From NCBI GenBank assembly GCA_002633005.1, contig NMRA01000488.1, positions 232,878-296,877 of the forward strand: a stretch of DNA of 64,000 nt, written 5' to 3'. This DNA comes from Phoronis australis (taxonomy: Eukaryota > Animalia > Phoronida). The first letter of the stretch is position 1, and every line of letters starts with the position of its first letter. The position numbers were made by a program, and so were the translations under genes. This document shows, one piece after another, positions 50,414 to 60,694 of the stretch. The notes below the pieces were generated by a model. It saw only the letters and a list, made by a program, of their open reading frames with translations. It did no database searches and was not told the origin of the DNA.

Positions 50414-53180
50414 CACAGTGTTTCCCCTGGGTTTTGCAAGGAGCGTGGTGGTGAATGGCCAAAACGGGGTGCAAAGCCCGTTGCCGCACGCGAATATGAG
50501 AAATGGGATCCTCCTATTAGCTGGGTTTCGAAAGGAGCGTGGTGGTGAATGCACGACGCGGATGCAGAACCCTGCACCACATGGGATGAAGTGAGATCCT
50601 CCCCTCGGGGGGGGAGGGGGGGAGTTGGGAGACCTTCCCCAGGCNAAAATTTGAAAATTAGATGTAATTGGGTGCAGTTTGCTCATCATAGACAACATAG
50701 ACAAGACCTTAACGCGAACATCATGGAGGCCTAGTGGAAGTATCTGAATAAAGACCACTTCGCAAGACAATTTGGCAATGAAGACGTGTCTGGCATAGTG
50801 TGATCTCTGTCGCACTTGAGTAGAAAAAACAGTGTTAAAATTCAGTTATCCACTAAGTGACAAACAGAGAACAAAAAATATTTGAACTTTGTAGACGTAA
50901 TAAACTAATTCGTGTAACAAAACTTCCGTTGATACAGTCTTGCTAAACGTAAATCAGTGATAGTGGATTGGCGTTGGCTGGCGTAGCAGACGATGTAATA
51001 ATCCAGTCTATGCAGATGAATCTGAGACTGGTTAACATTCAATATCGTCATTTTGGCGCAGGGCTATGGTTGATTAAACAGTTGGATGTCACGCCCTGCA
51101 GTATAATTCACAATGTCTTTTGTAAACTCTGACACGATAAAATGAATGAAGCAGAAATCTTACTGTTTCTTACTTCATTTGCAAGCCCAGACGCTTTCCC
51201 ATTTTAGAAAATTTGTATTGAAGTCATTGCCTGGACCCCGGCTGTATTAAGTTTTTATGCATTGTCTGATAACCAGGCAGAAACGAGGTACGAAAGGAGA
51301 TTGGGTATTGAATGACTGTTTAACGGGGCATAATTCAAGATCCCAGTGTAAAATTATTATTTTTCCCTATCGATCCACAAACAATGAAAGGTGCCGTGTG
51401 ACTTGTACTTATTCATTATTACTAGCGATCATTTTTACTAGCAATCATTTTTACTAGCAATCATTTTTACTACCAATTCATTTTAGCGATCATTTTTACT
51501 AGCGATCATTTTTACTAGCGATCATTTTTACTAGCGATTTTTGCATGGCGGTGAAGTTTCCCCATCACGATTAGGTGTGTGGCGGTCAATTTGAGTATGA
51601 TTTACAAGTGGCGGGGACAAAAAGAAGCGTGGCGGGCCGCCCAGAAGTTTACACGCAGGGGAAACCCTGCACATATATATATAGTTTATTGGGGACAATC
51701 AAAAGCTGAGGAGGCCTGTGCAAGCGAGTACGTTTCCTGAAATTTATGTTTATGGTCCAGTTGCAAAACCATTCGCCAAGTTGGGGGAATGGACTTAGTT
51801 CTGCCATCGCTAGTGCAGCACAGAATTCGCCAATGACGAAATGGCGAGTGGGTAGCGCGAGCCTAATCTCTGCATGGGGTATAACGTCATGTTCACATTA
51901 GACTTAGAGTCTGGGAGTCACTAGAGCACTGAGCCTGGGGTTCATCGCCTGATATTCTTTGAGCGTACACCGTCACTGTGGGTAATAGTCGGATAAGTTG
52001 GTCCCATTTCAAATTCTGTCAGGAATACTTAAAAAATAAAATGAAGTGTCGCAATATACAATTACCCACTCTTATGGATCACGCGCGCCACTCTACTCAC
52101 ACTTTTTCGTGAAATCTACAACATTTGAGAAGATACGCGACAAATTATGTTCGCCTCCCGAGCGTTTTTCCTCGATCCAAGATGTCCGCCAATGAACTCA
52201 CGTTCGCGAGAGGACCGGCGTTGTTCTCGCGAACGGGGTCACGTTCGCGAGAGAACACGTGTTGTCTTCTCGCAAACGCAAACTAACTAACGTTCGCAAG
52301 AGTCCAAAAATGAACCCAATGAGAAAACGCAAAACTCCAACTTAGTTAAAAGAGATTTTTAAAAAAGGTTTTGTCGTTTCACCCGCTGATGACGTCATNC
52401 TAAATCGTGCAGAGTACATAATATAAAACTCATTAAGTAACAAACTGACATTAACTTTACCTTGCTTTCTTTCGGTGGCCGCCAAAATTTTAACACGTCC
52501 CAGTCTCTCAATAACTTATTACCACATTTAGCGAGCTGACTAATACATGTCACGCATTTTTGATTTAAAAATAGATAAGACACTCTTACTCCTTGAAAAG
52601 AAAACCTGTCAATCCCAAGTCTCAAACAATATTTGACACGACAAATTATGAGCTGAAAATTGGTGAAGTTAGCAATGAATTAGGAGATATTTGTAAAATT
52701 TGAAAAATAATGAATTAAAACCTCGAGTTCAAATTGCATGTTTGAAACATTTTACTCAAAGCACAAAAATCTTCCCAAAAAGCCCATGGGTATTAACTGC
52801 TTTGTCACATACGAGTCAATTCTAGGTAAAGTACGATACGGAATTATCCGATGAGTTACGGATAGACGGCAATTGCCGGTTCATCACGGTAGGTTACGGA
52901 AGAGTTTGGAGTTATCGATGTCGTGACTTTCCGTGACAAATCTGCAATTTCCGTGTGACAAAGTAGTTAGTATGCATGGGCTTTTAGGGAAGATTTTTGC
53001 GCTTTGACAGCGAATTTGTTGCGAACTCCGTAAATGGTATTAGAAGAAAGAACAAGTGCTCATGGTTTGTTGAACTCCTGTTTTGTGTAAATTTTTTTGA
53101 GTTTTGTCTTTCATATGGACAGCTGAAGTGAAGCACCCATGGAATTCCTAGTCCCAAGTGTCATACCTTGTAGTATACAT

Positions 53181-53215
<35 letters not shown>

Positions 53216-55046
53216 CAGTGTTTCCCATGGGTTTTGCAAGGAGCGTGGTGGTGAATGGCCAAAACGGGGTGCAAAGCCCGTTGCCGCACACGAATATGAG
53301 AAATGGGATCCCCCTATTAGCTGGGTTTCGAAAGGAGCGTGGTGGTGAATGCACAACGCGGATGCGGAACCCTGAACCACATGGGATGAAGTGAGATCCT
53401 CCCCTCGGGGGGGGAGGGGGGGAGTTGGGAGACCTTCCCCAGGCAAAATTAGATGTAATTGGGTGCAGTTTGCTCATCATAGACAACATAGACAAGACCT
53501 TAACGCGAACATCATGGATGTCTAGTGGAAGTATCTGGATAGAGAACACTTCGCAAGATAATTTGGCAATGAAGACGTGTCTGGCATAGTGTGATCTCTG
53601 TCGCACTAGAGTACAAAAAAGTGTTAAAATTCAGTTATCCACAAAATGACAAACATAGAACAAAAAATATTTGAACTTTGTAGACGTAATAAACTAATTC
53701 TTGTAACGAAACTTCCATTGATACCATCTTGCTAAACAAAAATCAGTGATAGTGGATTGGCGTTGGCCGCCGTAGCAGACGATGTAATAATCCAGTCCAT
53801 GCAGACGAATCTGAGACTGGTTAACATTCAATATCGTCATTTTGGCGCAGGGCTATGGTTGATTAAACAGTTGGATGTCACGCCCTGCAGTATAGTTCAC
53901 GTCTTTTGTAAACTCGGACACAATAAAATGAATGAAGCAGAAATCTTACTGTTTCTTACTTCATTAGCAAGCCCAGGCGCTTTCCCATTTTAGAAAATTC
54001 ATATCGAAGTCGCTGCCTGTGCCTGGTCCCCGGCTGTATTAAGTTTTTATGCATTGTCTGATAACCAAGCAGAAACGAGGTACAAAAGGAGATTGGGTAT
54101 TGAATGACTGTTTAACAGGGCACAATTCAAGATCCCAGGGTAAAATTATTATTTTTCCCTTTCGATCAACAAACAGCGAAAGGTGCCATGTGACTTGTAC
54201 TTATTCATTATTGCTAGCGATCACTTATACTAGGGATTCATTTTAGCGATCATTTTTACTAGCAATCATTTTTACTAGCAACCATTTTTACTAGCAATCA
54301 TTTTTACTAGCGATCATTTTTACTAGCGATTTTTGCGTGGCGGTGAAGTTTCCCCATCACGATTAGGTGTGTGGTGGTCAATTTGAGTATGATTTACGAG
54401 TGGCGGGGACAAAAAGAAGCGTGGCGGGCCGCCCAGAAGTTTACACGCTGGGGGAACCCTGTATATAGTGTATTGGGGACAATCAAAAGCTGAGGAGGCC
54501 TGTGCAAGCAAGTACGTTTCCTGAAATTCATGTTTATGGTCCAGTTGCAAAACCATTCGCCAATTTGGGGGAACAGACTTAGTTCTGCCATCGTCAGTGC
54601 AGCACAGAATTCGCCAATAATGAAATGGCGAGTGGGTAGCGCGAGCCTAGATTCCGCTAATCTGCATGGGGTATAACGTCATGTTCACATTAGAATGCAA
54701 CAGTTTTGCACTGAGTCTGGGGTTCATCGCCTGATATTCTTTGAGCGTACACTGTCACTGTGCGCATTTAGTTGTATTTTAAGAGTCTTGATTCTTACAG
54801 CTATATGGATGGCAAAGAACCAGACCCCATACCAAACGTTTCCAGGACAGGCAGAGATTAACATAATGCACGACTAAGTCTAGTAGAGTTCACGGTAAGA
54901 CAACCTGTCCTTGAACTCAATCTGCAAATCTTAAAAAAAAACTTTAATTACCAAATAAATACTAAACTTATAAGAAACTATGCCAAGTGGGAAGTTTTGT
55001 GAAACCTACTACTATCATATTACGTACCGTCTTGTCCACTCCACAT
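44542..55046 (-). CDS. RPA2: Replication protein A 32 kDa subunit, complete CDS in 8 exons
   Basis: Exons 55046-55028 (MWSGQD), 50257-50184 ([13 protein letters not shown]...), 49375-49274 ([15 protein letters not shown]...EINQ), 47865-47752 ([26 protein letters not shown]), 46821-46624 ([39 protein letters not shown]), 46093-46010, 44948-44854 and 44620-44542 ([25 protein letters not shown]). This gives an N-terminal phospho-tail, OB fold and winged helix. Phases are consistent. Confidence 0.95.
45170..45295 (-). repeat. Interspersed repeat in an RPA2 intron, inverted partner of 43470-43590
   Basis: AATTGACCTATC..CAGGATTTT...CTTAACTGACCAATCAGAACACAACATTCTTGACAC...TTTCCAAGC...TTTTACC..ACAAACAACAC. 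Confidence 0.7.
48156..48246. repeat. 32-bp tandem repeat, ~3 copies (duplicated at 48771-48861)
   Basis: CAAATGACCTTAGTTTTCAT(A/G)GCTATGA..CA starting at 48156, 48188 and 48220. Confidence 0.85.
48462..48574. repeat. 113-bp hairpin with perfect 29-bp outer arms (duplicated at 49077-49189)
   Basis: CATTTTAAGTCTTGCCAGCACGCCATCTG / CAGATGGCGTGCTGGCAAGACTTAAAATG, plus inner GCCACAT..GAC.TA / TAGGTC..ATGTGGC pairing. Confidence 0.85.
50376..50415. repeat. (TATACA)n microsatellite
   Basis: Directly visible. Confidence 0.9.
50416..51669. mobile_element. ~1.25-kb non-autonomous hAT-like element in RPA2 intron 1
   Basis: TIR CAGTGTTTCCCC / GGGGAAACCCTG, repeated subterminal GGAGCGTGGTGGTGAATG and GGCGG motifs, set in a TA-rich microsatellite. 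Confidence 0.7.
51420..51540. repeat. 16-bp minisatellite (TACTAGCGATCATTTT)n; also at ~54240-54332
   Basis: Directly visible tandem units with no unique spacers. Confidence 0.85.
52756..53175. mobile_element. Second foldback/MITE family, copy lacking its left end
   Basis: Collinear with 36490-36794 (TACGGAATTATCCGATGAGTTA, GATGTCGTGAC.TTCCGTGACAAATC). It ends in GTCCCAAGTGTCATACCTTGTAGTA. Confidence 0.75.
53174..53215. repeat. (TA)n/(TATACA)n microsatellite
   Basis: Directly visible. Confidence 0.9.
53216..54461. mobile_element. Second (allelic or duplicated) copy of the hAT-like element
   Basis: Collinear with 50416-51669, with scattered SNPs. The similarity runs ~300 bp past the right TIR. 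Confidence 0.7.
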
Positions 55047-55093
55047 TTTGAAGACGCTTTTTGTTGTTCTTTGGTCACCTTCCCAAAAAATAA

Positions 55094-55141
55094 TTTCCCG
55101 CGTTTTAAACCGGAAGTGTAGTTTGATGCACTAGTGACGTC
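55094..55141 (-). promoter_or_regulatory. RPA2 proximal promoter motifs: E2F (TTTCCCGC), ETS (CCGGAAGT), CRE-like (TGACGTC)
   Basis: Three consensus matches 50-95 bp upstream of the ATG. Confidence 0.6.
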
Positions 55142-57879
55142 TTGTGGTTGGGAAAATTTTGCTTCAAGCAGAGACCGTAGAGAGGGAGACAAACCACCTA
55201 GCGAAATCCCATTGGACGGCCACTGGCAGTCGTTGTTGTACCATGGACCGTAGAGACGTCTAGTAGACGTGTGTGCAATAAACAAATATGGCAAGACATG
55301 ACGACTCCAGTCGGTAAAAAGCAACGGTGCTTTTTGCAATACCTGCGTCTGCAGCAACAGTTAATTGAAAATTCGTGACTTTTTCGCTTCCCCACTGAAT
55401 AAGATAGATGATGTTCACGATTGAAACAAGGAATGTTTTCGTGTGAAACTGCTGCCAGTCTACCAGTGATGGACCGAGTGATTTGTTCCCTGCATTTGAT
55501 CGCTTATACAGAAAATTATCGTTAATTGTTTGCATGATTTTGGGAACTATTGATTAGTTTATTATATGCCCATTGATTACTTTCTTTCATTTCTTTCTGC
55601 AGTCTTAATACATTCACATCTAAAAGATTATAATATTTACTATTAGTACTTATTTACTAATTTTATTATTGTTATAATATCATATATTTGTTTTATTATT
55701 ATTTATTTATTCATTGTTTTTATTGATTCGCTGTTACTTAGTTAAATTATTTCTTGTGATCCCATACAGTTAACATTCTGGCCACCGTTGGTCAATAATT
55801 TATATTATATAATCATGATATGGACTTCAGGGCATAATAAATATTGTGTGGTTTGGTAACCAGTCTGATAATTTTTCACAAGAAGTGTCGAAGGAAGTGT
55901 TTTTTTACTCGAGTCTTACATCTGTGGGTACTTCGGTAGTATGTGTACTACCTTGGAAACCCCGTCACGCTTAGTAACGATGTCGTTTCTTAAGTTTTGA
56001 CACGTGTCTTAAAACATCGCGTCAGGAAATAAGGCGTCCTTATGTTATTTACTTTAAAGTTGGCCACTTTTACCTGCCGATGTAGGCTGAATGTACCTCA
56101 TTTAACTAACTGCCGATAGTTGATTCTAAAAAGTATGAACATTACGAGAGCTGGAACGCATCGTAAAAACTAATCTTAAATGGACTGTGTATCCAATAGG
56201 CGTCTTGGCTATGGGCCTATAAGGCAGGTTTATTGGAATGCAGACAGGAATTCCATCTGTTGCTGGTTTTCAACCCCCTACCCCTCTTGAATCCAGTTTC
56301 ATTAAATACAACCCACCCCATTCGCTACCCATTTAAGATACCATCAGGCACGGATCCATTGAATCGTCCCAAATAGCGACTCCACTCTATTCCCTAAAAC
56401 TACTGCATATTTGTGCTGTGAGTTTGTAGCATGAATATGTAACAGAGAAAGTCTCCACTGAACATCAAAAATGTGTATTTCACCTCATCAGGCATACGTT
56501 TCAGTTCAGTTACACGTAATAACGATCAATTTCATATAGGCAAAGGAAGGAAACACCCTTCTCCTAAGCCTGTCGCTAGCGAAGTGCCCGACACATACAG
56601 TCGCGCCCGCATCCCTAAGTAACAAGGGCGCACTGAGACGCAACAAAGACATTAGCATAAGAATAACTGAACAATTACAACTAAATAAGAATAGCAATAA
56701 GCGTAAAGTTACTAACGTCCCATCACAAATATAAGGGTCTTCAAATGCAAACTTGGACTAGAAACTCATAGGCATAAGCTATAATGTGTTCGAGCACAGT
56801 GATCACCACTTATATTGAGTTCGGACAAAAAAACAGGGAATTTGACAAATACAATTTCGAGTTCTTTTCGAGTACAAAGATTAGAGACCGGCTAGTGGTT
56901 TGTCAGTAGCTAGCGATAGTTCAAATTCACCGTCTTGTTGTATTTTTGTTTTCTGTTCCATGCACTTACCGGGAATTTTACGAAACATTAATTCTTGAAA
57001 ACACCTTGCTGTCGTGCATCGAGATGGGACCCAGGGATCTCGTTTTGTGGACTTCACTACGTTCCTTAAATCTTCTCACCACTTTGTGGACTTTGTTTGC
57101 TCTCTTTGTCTTCTCATTTATGGCATTTTTTCTAGCCTCTTCATCTTTATTATAAGGCCCTCTTTTATTCATGACATTTTCTAATAATCTGAAAGCTAGG
57201 CCCTAATATTTTAATGAAAATAAATGTAGACGCCTCTTAAATTAGGATCATTCAATGAAAATAAGTTCAGCCCCTGCTATTCATTTTCAATGAAATAGTC
57301 TAAAACACTTCGACGTCATTAAATTTACTCTCGCTATGAATGTTAAAAATAGAGAAAATAAAATAATAAAAGAGTTTGGACAATGAAGGGAATGCAGAGT
57401 GCGTATTTCATTCAACCGACTAGTCAATGACTTCATGTCTGTCCATTGTCAGCGAGACCAAGGACACAAAAATGGGGAGGCTATTTATTCTTGATTCTGG
57501 ATAGGCGTCGGGAGTATTTTCATTAATTGAATTCGCCAAGACAAACTGCAAGGTTAGGACCATCACAAAACCGTATTTCCATAAAAAACGATGTCTCAAT
57601 CAATGTGACCAATTACCCACCAAAGAATGAATTGCTTAAATCTTGCAGATTGGATGCAATGAACTTCGCGTTGTTGTCATAACAAAACACTCAAAATGGG
57701 GCTAAACAGTAATGTATTTTACGCATATAGAGCCAAACAATTAAGCTATAGGCTAATTCAGGAAAATGTAATTGACTTTCTTTCCAGCCCGCGTTGACTT
57801 GTCGAGTTGTTTAGTCGCTCTCAAAAATATCTTTATAAAACTATTTCTGTGATCTCATCTCCCCGGACGACCACACCAC

Positions 57880-58100
57880 TTCCCTTGTTCCACTCAGTTT
57901 CCAAAAGTTTGTGCGTTTTTCTGATTGCGGGAACAGTTCACCCAGTCTGGACCCATGCACTGTCCCTCCAAGCCTGTTGCTTCCGTTGACTTGTTTCGGC
58001 ATCACTTTTCTTGCTCTTCTTCTATGACATCAATTTGTTCTGTAATCAGTCCTGTGAGGAAATCTTTTCCACAAGAGAAAATTGTCTGACCATTTTCTAC
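57880..58100 (-). pseudogene. Decayed Myb/SANT-like (MSANTD/Myb_DNA-bind_5-type) domain, probably a PIF/Harbinger ORF remnant
   Basis: With frameshifts it reads RKWSDN/FSLVEK/DFLTGLITEQIDVIE/SKKSDAETSQRKQQAWRDSAWVQTG*TVPAIRK. This matches R..NF...EK..L..LI....DVIE.KK.DA.T...K..AW..IA.....RT...I.K. The stop is TGA where CGA (Arg) is expected. Confidence 0.6.
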
Positions 58101-58221
58101 TTATCTTATTGACGAAAGGGCCAACAAGAAAATACGTCCGCACTGATTCTACCCAGAACTGTGTGCTGTTCTTGAAACCCACGTGATCACAGTTCCCAGT
58201 GGGGTGCCTTGCATACTTTAA

Positions 58222-58380
58222 ACCTGGCGTGCGTTCAGTAGACGCTAGGACCTACGCTAGGACCTAGCTAAAAGCTAGTCAAAGTCACGTGTTCTCATTC
58301 AAAATGCAGGGCAATATCTCACGTAATCTCGCGAAGTCTTGCCTTTTAGCGAGGTCCTAACGTTACTGAACGGGAGGCAG
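58222..58380. mobile_element. Short TIR element next to the Myb/SANT remnant
   Basis: CGTTCAGTAGACGCTAGGACCT..GCTAAAAG / CTTTTAGCGAGGTCCTAACGTTACTGAACG. Confidence 0.65.
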
Positions 58381-58402
58381 GTTTCATTGAACCCGCTCCT
58401 TG

Positions 58403-58900
58403 TAAACAAGAGCTTCATGGAGCGCTGAAATGCACCTACGACTGCAATGCAATTCCAGTGGTGATTTTAATATCGTAAAAATGGCCATTAAACGGCACTG
58501 AATATATTGAACCTATGTCCAAAACAAGGTGTCGTCTTCTCTCTAAGAACACTGTCCGGCAAAATTAAGTGAAAATCCTCAAAGAAACTCTAAAGATAGA
58601 CAGGCGTAACTCACTTTTTGAGAAAAAAATTCCATTCTGCGGCACAGCATTGATCAAATTGTTTTCGAGTTTAAAATAAGATTACACACGCCAAATTGTG
58701 ACCTTGCAAATAGAGGTTAAGAAGATATAAATACAGTTGTCAACAAGAGCAACGCGGAGCGTTGAAATGCGCTCACAGCACGGCAAATGGTGTGCTTTAA
58801 TGAGTATTTTTAGAATTATAAGAATGCCCATTAGATGCCGCATATTGCGTCAAAGCTATCCGAATTGAGGAGATAGCATCATCTCTGCAAAACACAACTG
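58403..58900 (+). repeat. Two diverged tandem units of ~340 bp beginning AACAAGAGC
   Basis: AACAAGAGC....GGAGCG.TGAAATGC at ~58404 and ~58742, each followed by TGGTG..TTTAAT and ATG.CCATTA. Confidence 0.55.
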
Positions 58901-58970
58901 TTTGTACCGTTGCCGTCTGTCATGGAATGTATAATAATACTTGGGTGCAAACAGTTATTGCACAAATAAC

Positions 58971-59060
58971 GGATCCTCGGTAGCTCAGTCGGAAGTGTAC
59001 GAGACCCGGGTAATCTTGCTAGAGACCTGTGGTTCGATTCTCAGTGTGTGAGAGCACGAG
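58971..59060 (+). pseudogene. tRNA-like sequence (pseudo-tRNA or SINE head)
   Basis: A-box TAGCTCAGTCGG and B-box GGTTCGATTC at tRNA-like spacing, but the acceptor and T stems do not pair well. Confidence 0.5.
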
Positions 59061-59085
59061 ATCTGCCCCTGACGAGTCGGTATTT

Positions 59086-59259
59086 GTGGCGGATTTAGAG
59101 GGGAACCAAGGGGGCCATGGTCCCCCTAATATTCTCACAGATTCCATTTGGCAGTTCGGTCGCCGGTGCGAATGTCTGACCAGCAAAATCCTGGCTAATA
59201 CTCCGCCCTGCCCCTGCCTCCCGACCCTGGTTTCGTGTAACTGAGCACAGCCCCCACTG
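59086..59259 (+). mobile_element. hAT-like MITE copy
   Basis: GTGGCGGATTTAGAGGGG ... CCCCCACTG ends; homologous to 36195-36300. Confidence 0.6.
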
Positions 59260-60489
59260 CTCAAGTTGAATATCGTAAGGTGTGGATTTTCGAAACAAAG
59301 ATCTGCCGGGAAACATGATGGTTGGGGGGATGAGAATCTGTTAATTTTTCAGTTATATTTTAAAATAAAGTTTGTGCAATGAAATTTTAATAATTAATTG
59401 TTAATTAATTGATATTAACACCTGGAATATTGGGGAAAGAAAGCTATTTCCTTCCTCAACCTTTTGGTTGAGGAACGCCCCCCGTTTTTGCTCCCACCTC
59501 TTTGTGACTGGAGCGCTGTCTATTGATGGAGTCGTGAATAAAGACGAGTCGTCAGCCACGGTTTAGTTCCAGAAGCTAGAGTGTGTTATCAGTTATACTT
59601 TAAAGGGGTGTAAGATGGTCAATTCCTTATGGAACTTCCGATGACGAAATTTTTAGTTGTATTTTGATTGGTTTTTACATTGAACTTGAGACCCCTATTT
59701 TAGCGCAATTTGGAACATTCGCGGTGCGAATACGCCTATAAAAACTTCCGATTCTACCGGGTCTCATTTCTATCTCGCAAGAATCTCAACTTTTTAACTA
59801 TCGGGTCTCATCCTCTTACAGTCTAAACTTCTCGACTTTTAGCTTTTGCTTTAATTTACAAATTTTTCATTACTCGACTATGGGTACTGACTGAGGCGAT
59901 TTGGGAGCCGTTCCAAACTAAGTGAAGGTACGATGACGACAGAAGCTAATGATGTGTTGTAAGTTTGCATAGCTTTGTATTTTATGTTTATTGCATAATA
60001 AACCCTGTATATTTATCTAGTTCTCTCTTGCTTCTCTCTCTAGAAGTTGTCACCGTGGTTCTCTCGTATGAGATTTGAACGAGTGAAAAAGTACACAACG
60101 CTGCAAATAATTTTATCGGCTACGAACAGTCGAAAGTTTAGATAATTAGTAGATTGGTGCTGGTCGCTCAACCGATTCCAGTGACTTTTCTTCAGCAGGT
60201 CTGTCTTATGTTGATAACTTCTCTGACCTCTCTGGACAAAATCGTCCATGTTCTGTACCTGCTCACCCTCCAATCACATTTTTTTCACCTGTTTACCGAT
60301 TACTGAATCACACTCTTGCTTATGATGCATTTCTCGTAATTTTTATTACCTTTACTGCCCAACTTTTTTCTTGATATACTCTAGATTTTGCCTATGTTTA
60401 CTTTCTATGACACTGCTCATGTTTTTTTTTCAATATTTTATGCAAAGACACTTCACAATTTTAAATTTGACAAACTGAAATCGGTCCCT

Positions 60490-60620
60490 AGTCAACGCCT
60501 CGCGTACTTCGTCGGCGCACACACGCCCGCTAGGTGTCGTTACGGTCCGTGACGCCTGAGGGCGCTCTAAAAGTCCCACAATGCAAAGCGGCAGACATTC
60601 CAAGGTTACGCATAAACGTT
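60490..60620 (+). promoter_or_regulatory. CpG-rich IFT74 promoter with a ZNF143/Staf-like TCCCACAATGCA motif (60574-60585)
   Basis: Local CpG/GC peak just upstream of the first splice donor at 60697. Confidence 0.5.
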
Positions 60621-60694
60621 CAGAAGTTGATGGTCCCGGTGAAATTCCAGTCTAACCATATTTAAAGGCTTTTGTCGTTATACTGGGATTTCAA

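Noticed and set aside
50607-50630. G-quadruplex-capable run
   Set aside because: It is part of the hAT-like element, with nothing pointing to host function.
51420-51540. Regular short repeats as a possible CRISPR array
   Set aside because: Head-to-tail 16-mers with no unique spacers, no cas genes, and a eukaryotic context.
50254-53606. ORFs with YVYVY/HIHIH/YIYIY and PPPPP runs
   Set aside because: They are translations of microsatellites and a G-run inside a non-autonomous element, in RPA2 intron 1.
56978-57172. ORF containing PISMHDSKVF, like the Harbinger transposase PGS.HD..VF motif
   Set aside because: Other DDE motifs were not found in the right order (a DG-like stretch near 56255 lies downstream), so the match may be chance.
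60040-60273. 77-aa antisense ORF as a gene head-to-head with IFT74
   Set aside because: No recognisable family and no pyrimidine-rich acceptor or clear donor.
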